Source: Fibrobacterales bacterium (GTDB lineage: Bacteria > Fibrobacterota > Fibrobacteria > Fibrobacterales > JAOPTW01). From it: a stretch of DNA of 64,000 nt. Of this stretch, positions 19,201 through 27,967 are shown in pieces; within the stretch, counting starts at the first letter, position 1; the number at the start of each line of letters is the position of its first letter. The DNA is taken from assembly GCA_051532035.1 (NCBI GenBank), contig JAOPTW010000056.1, positions 1-64,000 on the forward strand, given 5' to 3'. The translations under genes and the position numbers were made by a program. The notes beneath the pieces were generated by a model, which was given only the letters and a program-made list of their open reading frames with translations, searched no databases and was not told where the DNA came from.

Positions 19201-20299
19201 TACGGGTAAGATCATAGAGCACAATCTCTTCATAAATTTCTATTGCTGCCTCAAGGAGCTTGTCAGCATATTCTGAATCATAGTTTTTCCAGGCGCTTGC
19301 AAAGAGGGCGAGTGTTCCAGCGAATTGTCCGCCCATATCTGCGCCAATGCCAGCATCTATGACTCGGTCAGGGCCGCCCTTCTCCCGAGGTGCATAGTCC
19401 TGATATTCGGGTAAAATCCAGAGCATATGATCGGCAAGGTCGACGCCAACTTGTTGATACATGTCGTGCTTTTCAATAAGTCCGTCTTCTTTAGACGCAA
19501 GATAGAGCTTGTAAATGTAGTCAGCGCCAATTTTAGCTTCCCAAAGTATATCGGGGATACCGTCATTTGCGTGGGGGGCAGTTTGAGCATATGAGTGTCC
19601 ATAGCGGTCCTCTGCCTTTTCGGGCCAGAGAAGATAGGATAGGGTGAGGTTGGTAAATGAGTATGCTGTTGTTTGGGCTACTTTAAAATGGTCTCCACAA
19701 TCGTACCATCCGCCAGCAAGAGAGCCGGCTTTGTCGGCGCCGCGTGCAGAGCCATCAAGGGTATGTGATTTGGGGTGAAACCACGATTCGGTGTCACCTG
19801 AGCGTTGAATACCGAAAAAATGGAGTGATTTTTCCATAATATCATTGTATAGGTAATCATTGAGTTCGAATGGGTATGAAGTGTCGCCATTGCTTACAAG
19901 GCGATACTCACCATCTTTTTTAAAATCTCCAAAGTTGGCTTCATAGAGATATTCACTGCCATCAGGGATGGATTTAAATTCATAGAGTGGTGTTATCGAC
20001 TTATAGATTGTAGTTGAATGTACGGTTCCATCAAAGTGGCTGTAGTCACCGAGGTAGGTGAGGTCCCCTTCGTAAACACTTTTGCCATTGTTGTCAATAA
20101 GTCGAAATGTCTCTTTGAGATTGGCGCCCGGTAACTCAACCATGGCTTTTTTGGTATCATCACTCGTTCTGTATCCGGCTTGATTGGTTCTGATGTTTTC
20201 AATAATGGTATTGAGAGAATCGAGCGGTCTTCTCTTGTCGTATCGTACCGCATGTGATGCAGAAAAGAGTAACAATGCGATGAGTAATAGTTTAGTCAT
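16280..20299 (-). CDS. Secreted modular glycoside hydrolase family 9 (Ig-like, GH9, two Fn3-like, CBM3-like, C-terminal sorting domain)
   Basis: Signal peptide; IRTNQAGY; GGWYDCGDHFK; HIHHR; YTITETCIDY; acidic Ser/Glu linker; C-terminal W....GRPLGSGVY...KMGYLR. Confidence 0.9.
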   Translation of the reverse strand: MTKLLLIALLLFSASHAVRYDKRRPLDSLNTIIENIRTNQAGYRTSDDTKKAMVELPGANLKETFRLIDNNGKSVYEGDLTYLGDYSHFDGTVHSTTIYKSITPLYEFKSIPDGSEYLYEANFGDFKKDGEYRLVSNGDTSYPFELNDYLYNDIMEKSLHFFGIQRSGDTESWFHPKSHTLDGSARGADKAGSLAGGWYDCGDHFKVAQTTAYSFTNLTLSYLLWPEKAEDRYGHSYAQTAPHANDGIPDILWEAKIGADYIYKLYLASKEDGLIEKHDMYQQVGVDLADHMLWILPEYQDYAPREKGGPDRVIDAGIGADMGGQFAGTLALFASAWKNYDSEYADKLLEAAIEIYEEIVLYDLTRISYSNVEFYTQQTRIDDDIALGALGLWYATKDPKYKYDLLENPEYGEDAEYGYDGNEHIFKYGMLASNGSGFYPGGWVSDYQNIHAQVAASLYLLIYRNEETAKEYGIEQDELEEIQSTVIALLKNKTIAEGGSSKHETETIVDKLKVEKPYNLRWTSSAWGFNRYNMGAVTAVALAAEILFDINDPSAEKYQQVVIDNLDYALGKNPWNISFIIGAGDKHLQHIHHRGANPDGYNAGGIPYEYREPTGAFMGSAAPGDILVESFDKYTITETCIDYSSQLLFLSQQLSKKLPPDKTKPELFTIIANPVEDTIATIRWDFNELTNDTVALYIDTTKSSINDAHFSSQSAKTWELHDLKPDTQYWISLVGKDIAGNSAKKIWFSFTTTEKPLEPTWEAVDACNVSHEAATVAWWSPGQFGSSGIYISEDPHLLDAWYIEESDFGSFHQIMVRELEPNTTYYYDRVSGSHRDDNEGNHYSFKTRDAFVDYSIYIKPVNKARGPTFYLNITNNEQRAYADLELRLYLTVKEFPIDNIKIVSSDKQIFDMGGTNPLRIDGIEIGDFVAVDNESDQYYLPIRIKDEIPIAGRAELDITFIEINEHGSESPFDINIIKDSWAFNAHEKPLKESGISWDMMDIYTEPFDIEVIDGAPRMTYDVSHYIPVYYKGSVHVYGYAPDFKAPLSLKSFEMETNDPFFMDANKATLVKDISEDISGSVSVLPYGDISDIEINGEAMNIRTGPTVDFKYDITKIDGFEPMTEFVAWSDKGSEECSYTYKKWLVDFRDEPPSSSEEEPESSDEIESSDQEIEYPESSSEEASSEEEEPIHFDPPQEVLGGDFTLLFEKNLYISEEPEFVRDENITLEEHNDRRAFTIEVSDIPAEPEEYTLRFVGTIYSLEGLFIEEFDITMDGDDFKKGKEYSFQWNNRDVNGNLLDQEGRPLGSGVYLMNFQYTLTGPTTVTQTQMFLKMGYLRMF

Positions 20300-20697
20300 A
20301 AGCCTCTTCCATGTATATGTGCTAGTAATATATACAAAGTATACGTAGACAATAAAATGTAACTATGTTTTTTACAAAATAGTTGTCGCCGTGTTGACAT
20401 ATTGGCTAATTTGTTGACATGGTGCTCAGTATGGTGGTTTTTATGGTGTTTTCTCTTGAGTGTAGTGTAGACAAATAAATAGGAATATTAGCGTTGGCTA
20501 GTCCTGTTTCAGCACCGAATTAAGCCAAATTGCTATTGCTTGCTTTTTAAGTTCTATCCATCGGTTTGTGCCTATCAATACATATAATAAGGCTGTGGCG
20601 ATTCTGTTATCTATAGGATAGAGATGGGGGAATGTAAAGAGGAGAGGGGGATTGAGTAATCATTAACCATTTGAGATTGTGTAAACAGCCAACAAAC

Positions 20698-20726
20698 AAA
20701 AAAAGCCACTATGAGTGGCTTTTTTG
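20698..20726. terminator. Intrinsic terminator not adjacent to any annotated gene end
   Basis: AAAAAAGCCACT-ATG-AGTGGCTTTTTT perfect hairpin with T-tracts on both strands, located between two divergent gene starts. Confidence 0.85.
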
Positions 20727-20793
20727 ATTCCTGAAAAGGTAGGTGTTAATGCTCAATAGGTGACAATACGATAAGCGGTAGTGAGTCAAGCAT
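20698..20793 (-). ncRNA. Candidate ~95-nt small transcript (sRNA and/or leaderless 15-aa peptide MLDSLPLIVLSPIEH)
   Basis: -10 TATATT (20805-20800); CRP box centred at -41.5; 5' stem ATGCTTGA/TTGAGCAT; terminator at 20698-20726. Confidence 0.6.
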
Positions 20794-20826
20794 AGGGGCA
20801 ATATATATACACTATGAAATGTTGTC

Positions 20827-20842
20827 TGTGATAGGCATCACA
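20827..20842. promoter_or_regulatory. CRP-type operator TGTGA-N6-TCACA
   Basis: TGTGATAGGCATCACA is an exact consensus. Confidence 0.8.
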
Positions 20843-20974
20843 CTTTGTCTGTTTATTTTCAATTAATTGGTTTATTCCATTAAGGGGCAAGGCTTGTTTC
20901 GGCAATTTAGGGGGAGTAATGGTTGATTGAGTAAACGACTCGCCTAAAAGAACCCCTTTTTCTATATAGTGTCC

Positions 20975-21967
20975 ATGATAAAAATCAAAAACCTCTCATA
21001 CGCATATCCTGACCAACTCGCTCTTAAATCAATCTATTGTGAGATAAAGCCAGGAACAATTACAGCTGTCGTTGGGCCAAATGGCGCAGGAAAATCGACA
21101 CTCTTTAAATGTATCACCACCTTGCAGAAGCCTGCTCCGGGGACCATTTTTATTAATGGCCTCGACGTAGTAACTCATCCGCGAGAGTGCAAAAAGCTTA
21201 TTGGCTACCTTCCCGATACTTTTGGGCTCTATGAAAAGCTCACAGTCAATCAGGTACTGACCTATTTTGCTCAAGCTCATGGCTGTACAACACAAGAGAG
21301 TGAACGCCGTGTATCAGAATTGGTGGCTCTTTTAAATTTGTCAGACAAAATTGATAAACCCTGTGGGAGCTTATCACGGGGGATGCGCCAGCGTGTCGCT
21401 ATCGGACAAGCGATGATTCATAATCCAGCGCTCCTAGTGCTCGATGAACCCGCCTCAGGGCTTGACCCCGAAGCTCGTCATGAACTCGCTCAGCTTTTTA
21501 TTCGCCTCAAAGAAGAGGGGGTGACCCTCCTGATATCATCCCATATTTTAGCCGAGCTCGATCAATACGCCGATGACCTGTTAGTGTTGCGTGGCGGTGA
21601 ATTGGTTAATCAAAAAGCTCAGGCTCTTTCGAGTGATCAAGGGGCCGTAGACGAAACATCTGTCGAAGAGCGTTTGATAACCCTTAAAGTACTCTCTCAG
21701 CCAGACAGTGTTACTAAACTTCTTTCCACAAATACCTACGTACCACAAAGTCATGATGGTGAAATTCTTTCATTGCTCTCACGAGTTTCAAAAGTGGCCT
21801 GTGAAGGGAATGAGGTAAAAGCAGTATTGAATGGAACTGAAAAAGATCAACACACCTTAATTCGCTTCCTCTTTCAAGAGGGGTGTACCATTAGTGAATG
21901 CTACACCGAGAAACAAAACCTGCAAGAGACCTATCTCACTATGGTAAAGGAACATGATGCCAAGTAA
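20975..21967 (+). CDS. ABC transporter ATP-binding protein (ABC-2/export type)
   Basis: Walker A GPNGAGKST; signature LSRGMRQR; LDEPASGLDP; SSH. Alternative GTG start at 20969. Confidence 0.93.
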   Translation: MIKIKNLSYAYPDQLALKSIYCEIKPGTITAVVGPNGAGKSTLFKCITTLQKPAPGTIFINGLDVVTHPRECKKLIGYLPDTFGLYEKLTVNQVLTYFAQAHGCTTQESERRVSELVALLNLSDKIDKPCGSLSRGMRQRVAIGQAMIHNPALLVLDEPASGLDPEARHELAQLFIRLKEEGVTLLISSHILAELDQYADDLLVLRGGELVNQKAQALSSDQGAVDETSVEERLITLKVLSQPDSVTKLLSTNTYVPQSHDGEILSLLSRVSKVACEGNEVKAVLNGTEKDQHTLIRFLFQEGCTISECYTEKQNLQETYLTMVKEHDAK

Positions 21968-23342
21968 TTACACATCCAATCCCGAGATAAACAGAAACAT
22001 CTGGCTCGAGCTTACCTTTGGACGATTAGCCGGGATCCCTTTGGTGATCATCTGTTTTTTAGGGTTAGCCTATCTGACTGCGGTCAGATTCTTTGATGCA
22101 AACTTTGCTGAGATCATCAATACCAGTTCCCTGTATGGGCTCTATCTCACGGCCTTTGTAATGGGGGTACGGCAAGCATCCGGCGCTATTATTAAAGAAG
22201 TACATGAGAAAACCTGGGATGCTCAGCGACTCTTAAGTATTGCTCCAAAGACTATGATGCTCGGAAAGCTCTTTGGTTCAACCATCTATGCGTGGTATGG
22301 AGTAGCCTGTTTTGGCGTACTGTATCTGGGGAGTGCACTGCTTATAGATCACACTTTTGAACGGATAGCACTGTTTGTTACTCTACTACTTGGTGCTATT
22401 ATGGTTCAGGCTTTGATAATTTCATTAACGGTATTAAAAATTAATAAAGATCGTTCCGCCACTATTTCAACCTTCTTCTACTTCGTGATAGGGGTTGTTG
22501 TCGCACTGTTTGTTATCGATAGTGCCAATAAAATAGTTGACTTTGAAGAGCCACTCTTTTTTTGGTACACCCTCACACTTCCCGTAGTTCCTGCACTCCT
22601 TGCGGTGACTGCACTATTTACGGGATGGTCGGTCTATGGGCTTTATAGAACGTTACGCAGAGAGTATCTCTATACCAACACCATTATTCCCTGGTCGCTT
22701 TTTACGGTTACTTTGATGATTTTTGTAGGAGGTCTCTACAGTGCAGAGCATGTTTCCTCGCTGACTGAAGGGCTTATAAACTTTGATCAAATTGCCGTCA
22801 GTACTCATACTGCATTTATTGTGGGGGTTATCCTCAGTTATTATTTAGCCTTTAGTGAAAGTCGGTCTGTGATAACCTTCAATAGCTTTTTGTGGGCCGT
22901 CTCTAAAAAAAGAGTGTCTGCGCTTCTTACACAAACACCACTGTGGGTGGTAACCCTTTGTATTACAGCCGGAGCGGCAGTAGTGAGTGTCGTCTTTTCT
23001 GTAGGCTCATTTGACACGCTCGAAAACCGACTAGGAGTAAATGCACTCTGGGCAATCAATATACTGGCATTTGTTATTCGTGACATAACCCTTCTCCACC
23101 TCGTCTCATTTGTAGAGAAAAAACGGAAGCCCGAAGGGGTAACGCTGTTCTATCTTATTCTGATGTATGGAATGGTGCCCGCACTCTTTGGAGTGGTTGG
23201 ATTAAAGGATTTACTCCCTGTATTCTTACCGATGACTGAAAGTGGTATTGTGTTGGGAACCCTCTTTCCTTGGGGCCAAACTATTGGAATAGTGGTTTTT
23301 ACCCATAAAATTCTGAAAAATGAGGTTAGAGCCGTTAAATAG
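21954..23342 (+). CDS. ABC-2-type permease-like multi-TM protein
   Basis: NPE..R N-terminus; EVHEKTWD...L....GKLFG motif; about 12 TM; overlaps the ATPase stop. Confidence 0.75.
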   Translation: MMPSNYTSNPEINRNIWLELTFGRLAGIPLVIICFLGLAYLTAVRFFDANFAEIINTSSLYGLYLTAFVMGVRQASGAIIKEVHEKTWDAQRLLSIAPKTMMLGKLFGSTIYAWYGVACFGVLYLGSALLIDHTFERIALFVTLLLGAIMVQALIISLTVLKINKDRSATISTFFYFVIGVVVALFVIDSANKIVDFEEPLFFWYTLTLPVVPALLAVTALFTGWSVYGLYRTLRREYLYTNTIIPWSLFTVTLMIFVGGLYSAEHVSSLTEGLINFDQIAVSTHTAFIVGVILSYYLAFSESRSVITFNSFLWAVSKKRVSALLTQTPLWVVTLCITAGAAVVSVVFSVGSFDTLENRLGVNALWAINILAFVIRDITLLHLVSFVEKKRKPEGVTLFYLILMYGMVPALFGVVGLKDLLPVFLPMTESGIVLGTLFPWGQTIGIVVFTHKILKNEVRAVK

Positions 23343-23488
23343 ATGCTGTTTAAGTAATGTCCTGCTTCGCAATTGATCAAAATAGCAACAGAAACTCAAG
23401 TATTGGGTGAGAGGTATCCTTGTTTTTACATAGATACAATGGTCAAATTCCTATCTTTGACCCAATCTAAAAACCAGAGCAGACCTGA

Positions 23489-24952
23489 ATGTATAACTAT
23501 TTAATAACTCCTGTACTAGTGACACTCTTTATGTTAAGTGCTTGTGATCGAAACGTAGTAAAGCCAGAGTTGGGTGAGACTGATGACTCTGCCGTATCAT
23601 CACAGGCAGTAGCGGCTCAAGTATCGAGTAGTACTATACTCCCAGATGCCGGTTTGAGTTCAACTGTTGTTGATTTAGGCGGGGCAACCCATACGAGTTC
23701 ATCTTCACAAATCGTATATCCAGGTGTATCAATTGATATCAAATCGGGTTCTTCAAGTAGCGTAGTGCAAGTGAGTAGCGCAACTGGTTCTATGAGCAGC
23801 GTAGCTGTCACTTCTTCTAATAACCAATCATCAGTAGCGACACAAGTCTCTTCCAATGTTTCTTCTTCATCAGTAATGGTGTCAAGCTCTGTAATTAAAG
23901 CTCTATCCTCTTCAGTAATTACTCCAGATGGAGTGTCTTCTTCTTCTTCTTCTCACTCGTCCTCTTCAATGGGGCCAGAAATTTTTGTTTTTTATGCCGA
24001 TAAATTAGGGGGGAGTGATGAGTTTACAGCTATTGGACATTCATTTGCATGGGATAATGCTCCCCATGTACTCTCAGGTGACGCCCCTCAGGGTGATAGT
24101 TGCGTGATTCATACTATTGACTGGGGGGGGCGTGCGTATAAATTAAATCAGAAGCACGACTTCAGTCAATTTAACGGTGGGTATTTACACTTTCAGATCA
24201 AAACAGCCAGTAATGCAAAAATTAAACTTGAATGGGGGCGAGAGGGCAAAGACTCATTGTATCTCCGCGAATATGCTGACCTCACTAATGAATGGGAGAA
24301 GGTGGTTATTCCCCTCGATTCATTTAAAGGAATTAATCTAAAAGTATTACGTGAAGCATTTGCGATAAGTTATCACAGAGAATTTACAAATGGTGAAATT
24401 GCTCTTGATGATATCTACTTCTCTACCCACGGGACTGCGACTTACAAACATAGAGCAAAAAATGAAGCAATGTTTTCTATAGAGAGAGATACACTACAAC
24501 TTATTACCGATAACTGGTATGGCACTGACTCAATGGACTCAATAAGCAGACCAGAATTTTTGGGGGATATCGAGGCGAATTACTCTTCTAATCAAGGTGA
24601 GAGAAGTATTGGGTTTACTATTAATCACAGCATTGGTGGAGGTGGGGGCTACTCAATGAGTTATCACACTCCAAAAGATTTGAGCTATTATAGCGGTGGC
24701 TCTCTAGTGTTTGATGTAAAAACAGCTTTTCCAGAGAAGGCTATCAAATTAGAGTGGGGGACGTGTGGTGAAAAATGTTCTACCTGGGTTGACCTTCGGA
24801 ACTATATTACACAGGGTAATAAATGGGAGACCATTACAATACCACTTAATGACTTTAGTGGTATAGATCTTCAACGCATGAAAGTACCTTTTGGTATTCA
24901 GAATGGTCCTTCTGGGACAGTGTATATTAAAAACGTGCGTTGGGTAAAATAA
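23489..24952 (+). CDS. Lipoprotein with Ser-rich linker and two CBM11/CBM30-like beta-sandwich domains
   Basis: Lipobox LSAC; two repeats of D.S....G.L.F..KT...IKLEW...W....IPL..F.GI.L. Confidence 0.7.
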   Translation: MYNYLITPVLVTLFMLSACDRNVVKPELGETDDSAVSSQAVAAQVSSSTILPDAGLSSTVVDLGGATHTSSSSQIVYPGVSIDIKSGSSSSVVQVSSATGSMSSVAVTSSNNQSSVATQVSSNVSSSSVMVSSSVIKALSSSVITPDGVSSSSSSHSSSSMGPEIFVFYADKLGGSDEFTAIGHSFAWDNAPHVLSGDAPQGDSCVIHTIDWGGRAYKLNQKHDFSQFNGGYLHFQIKTASNAKIKLEWGREGKDSLYLREYADLTNEWEKVVIPLDSFKGINLKVLREAFAISYHREFTNGEIALDDIYFSTHGTATYKHRAKNEAMFSIERDTLQLITDNWYGTDSMDSISRPEFLGDIEANYSSNQGERSIGFTINHSIGGGGGYSMSYHTPKDLSYYSGGSLVFDVKTAFPEKAIKLEWGTCGEKCSTWVDLRNYITQGNKWETITIPLNDFSGIDLQRMKVPFGIQNGPSGTVYIKNVRWVK

Positions 24953-25128
24953 TTATTTACAAACATATTTGAAGAGTGTTTTTAGATGAGTATAGGGTAA
25001 ATAGGTATTGTTCTTCAGTTTAAAACACAAACAACCAAAATCCACTCGGTGAGTTTACTGTATTTTACAATTATTTATACCGTCAATTTTTATCTTTGGT
25101 TTACCTTAAAAAGCCAGGGTTAGCCTAA

Positions 25129-26538
25129 ATGTATCAGTATCTATTAAGTTTTATTCTAGTCGCACTCATAGTATTGAGTGCTTGTGATCGAAATATCGTA
25201 AAGCCAAAGTTGGATGATTCAGATTCAACTACAGGAGATTTACAGAATGTTCAGCCTCAGAATACAGTGTCATCACAAGCAGTTGTAGTACAAGGGTCAA
25301 GCAGTAGTGTTGGACTTCCTGGTACTAGTGTGAGTTCAGCAACTATTGAAGCTGGGTCCTCTTCCCACAATGATTCCACTGTATCAAGTAATAGTGGAGA
25401 TATCAGTAGCTCCATGCCATCGGTAAGTAGTTCAGCAGGCACCTCATTAAGCAGTGAGTTAGCAGCAACGGTTTCGAGTTCAGAAAATGCCCTGAGTTCT
25501 TCCGTATCTTCTTCAGCAATCCACTTGCCAGAATCAAGTTCGTCAGAACTAAGCGTGTCATCGTCAAGTGTGGCACCTGTATTAAAGACCTTTCAATTCT
25601 ATGCAGAGCAGAGTGAGGGGACTGATGAATTTAAACAGATTGGTAGATTTGAACGCTGGGGGGATAATGAAAAAAAAGCGGGCCCTGATGCAGCGGAAGG
25701 CAATAAAAGTATCAAATTTGAATTTACAGACGGTGGATGGGCATCTGTATTCGATAGTCAACAAGACTTCAGGCAATTTGATAAGGGTTATTTACATTTT
25801 GATATTAAAACAACTACAAATGCAGCTATTAAAATAGAGTGGGATGATGATGCTAATGACTCTAAAACACTGTTTGATTATACAGGGCTTAGTGGAGATT
25901 GGGAGCACGTTGTGATTCCTCTTGATTCGTTTCACGGAATTAATCTAGAACAATTGAGAGAGCCTTTTGCTCTTATATATCTTAATGGTGGAAAGAGAGA
26001 AAAGATAGTAATTGATAATATATACTATTCTACACAAGGTACTTCAACCTATCGCGATAGAGGTGGGTTGGTAATTATGACGGACGATTACAATGGGAGT
26101 GACTATTTTAACGCCCTTGGTAAAGCAGGTAACTGGGGCGCATTAGATTTAAATGATATACGCTATTCATCGGATCGAACTGAAGGTGAAAAAAGTATTG
26201 CTTTGACACCAGGCGAGGGTGGTTATACGCTTGCATACGACTCACCTACAGATTTGAGAGAATGGGCTCAGGGTAAACTCGTTTTTGATGTTAAAACGGA
26301 ACATAACTATGCCATAAAAATAGAGTGGGGTGACATAAACCATAAAACAGAGACAGCGTATATAGGTCTTGATCAATATGTAAGAGCAGATAACCACTGG
26401 CAAACTGCAGTAATCCCCTTTGATCATTTTGCTAATGAGTTTGGTGGTGGCATACAATTTGATGAGATTAAGATACCTTTTGGACTCCATAAAGGAGAGG
26501 GCACAGTTTTAATCGATAATATACGTTGGGTGAAATAA
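25129..26538 (+). CDS. Lipoprotein, tandem paralog of 23489-24952
   Basis: LSACDRNIVKP start; same domain repeats; both paralogs end in RWVK. Confidence 0.7.
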   Translation: MYQYLLSFILVALIVLSACDRNIVKPKLDDSDSTTGDLQNVQPQNTVSSQAVVVQGSSSSVGLPGTSVSSATIEAGSSSHNDSTVSSNSGDISSSMPSVSSSAGTSLSSELAATVSSSENALSSSVSSSAIHLPESSSSELSVSSSSVAPVLKTFQFYAEQSEGTDEFKQIGRFERWGDNEKKAGPDAAEGNKSIKFEFTDGGWASVFDSQQDFRQFDKGYLHFDIKTTTNAAIKIEWDDDANDSKTLFDYTGLSGDWEHVVIPLDSFHGINLEQLREPFALIYLNGGKREKIVIDNIYYSTQGTSTYRDRGGLVIMTDDYNGSDYFNALGKAGNWGALDLNDIRYSSDRTEGEKSIALTPGEGGYTLAYDSPTDLREWAQGKLVFDVKTEHNYAIKIEWGDINHKTETAYIGLDQYVRADNHWQTAVIPFDHFANEFGGGIQFDEIKIPFGLHKGEGTVLIDNIRWVK

Positions 26539-26552
26539 AGAGGTTCATGACT

Positions 26553-27056
26553 ATGAGATACAGTGCTGTTTTGATATCTTTGATATTGGGAACCTTATTA
26601 GGGTGTAGTGAAAAAAGCTCTCCAACTCAGCCTGGGGTATTATTAAATACCCTATCATCAAGTAGTATAGATACAGTCGCATCCACAACGAGTTCTTCAT
26701 CTGTGATTAGTGGCGTAAGTAGTTCAGGCGAGGTATCTGCATCGGGTCTTATAGGAGGCTGGCGGTTAGATTCTGTTCAAGGGGTTGATGACCAGTATAC
26801 TCAGTATGATTTCGAAATGTATTATTTAAGCGACTCCCTTTACACTCAGTATACCTCTTATCCCGAATTAGATCTAATAGATAGTGTCGTAGGGAAGTGG
26901 TGGGCCACAGATAGTATTGTTATCACCAATGAATTAGAGAGTACAGAAAATGATTCACTACCGTACCTTCTTGAAGGTGATAGCGTCTTTGTTATTTGGT
27001 ACGACCGACCTGAGAGTAAACGAATCACTCACTACTTTTCAAAAATAATTCCATAA
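26553..27056 (+). CDS. Lipoprotein with lipocalin-like domain
   Basis: Lipobox LLGC; Ser linker; LIGGWRL and GKW motifs. Start may be 26547. Confidence 0.6.
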   Translation: MRYSAVLISLILGTLLGCSEKSSPTQPGVLLNTLSSSSIDTVASTTSSSSVISGVSSSGEVSASGLIGGWRLDSVQGVDDQYTQYDFEMYYLSDSLYTQYTSYPELDLIDSVVGKWWATDSIVITNELESTENDSLPYLLEGDSVFVIWYDRPESKRITHYFSKIIP

Positions 27057-27118
27057 AAAAAACGGAAATCATTACTGATATCCGTTTAATACAGAGCGTT
27101 GCTCTATGAGTAATTCAA

Positions 27119-27967
27119 TTATAAGTTATCAAGAACCTTCACAAAGGTCTCGGCAGGTCCTTCTGCAACGCCAGTCCAAATCTCAAAAGACTTAACACCC
27201 TGATAGGCGAGCATCCCAAGTCCTTGTACTGTTTTAGCACCTTTTGCCGCAGCATCTTTAAGAAGCTTAGTTTCACGTGGGTTATAGACAATATCATAGA
27301 CGATTTGTCCTGGATAGATATAATCAGCAGATACAGCACTCGCATCTTCATTGGGGTGCATTCCCAGAGGAGTTGCATTAATCAGAAGTTTCTGCTCCCG
27401 AGCAATCTCTGAGTATTTTGATGAGTCAATGTAGAGTGCTTTACACTCAGTTTTGGTATTAATCTTCTCGACAATGTCACCACCTGCAGTTGCGTTAATT
27501 CCGGCTATTGTAAGAGTAATACCGGGATATTCCAAAGCAAAAGCACAGGCAATGGCACTTGCTGCACCGCCAGTGCCGAGGAGGGTCACTTTTTGGTCAG
27601 TCATTTCCACACCAGATCGACGGAGGTTTTCAAGAGCTCCATAGGGATCTGTGGTCGTCCCGCACAGTTTTCCATCTTTCTTATAGATGGTATTCACGCT
27701 CTGCATGAGTTCGGATATTTCTGATATCTCATCAAGATACTGAATGACGTTCTGCTTGTGGGGGATAGTAACGTTTGCCCCTACAAAATTCATTGCTCTA
27801 AGCCCTGCTACAGCATTTTCAAGGTTATCTGGATGTGTTTCCAATGGGATATAGCAAAAGTCTAGCCCAAGCTCTGCAAAACCAGTGTTATGCATGTTTG
27901 GTGAGAAAGAGTGTTCTACAGGGTATCCAAGGATACCAACAATTTTGGTTTTTCCGCTAATAGTCAT
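27119..27967 (-). CDS. aroE: Shikimate dehydrogenase
   Basis: GYPVEHSFSPNMHN; GANVTIPHK; SVNT; GTGGAA; NATPLGM; YDIVYNP. Start reassigned to MTISG. Confidence 0.95.
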   Translation of the reverse strand: MTISGKTKIVGILGYPVEHSFSPNMHNTGFAELGLDFCYIPLETHPDNLENAVAGLRAMNFVGANVTIPHKQNVIQYLDEISEISELMQSVNTIYKKDGKLCGTTTDPYGALENLRRSGVEMTDQKVTLLGTGGAASAIACAFALEYPGITLTIAGINATAGGDIVEKINTKTECKALYIDSSKYSEIAREQKLLINATPLGMHPNEDASAVSADYIYPGQIVYDIVYNPRETKLLKDAAAKGAKTVQGLGMLAYQGVKSFEIWTGVAEGPAETFVKVLDNL

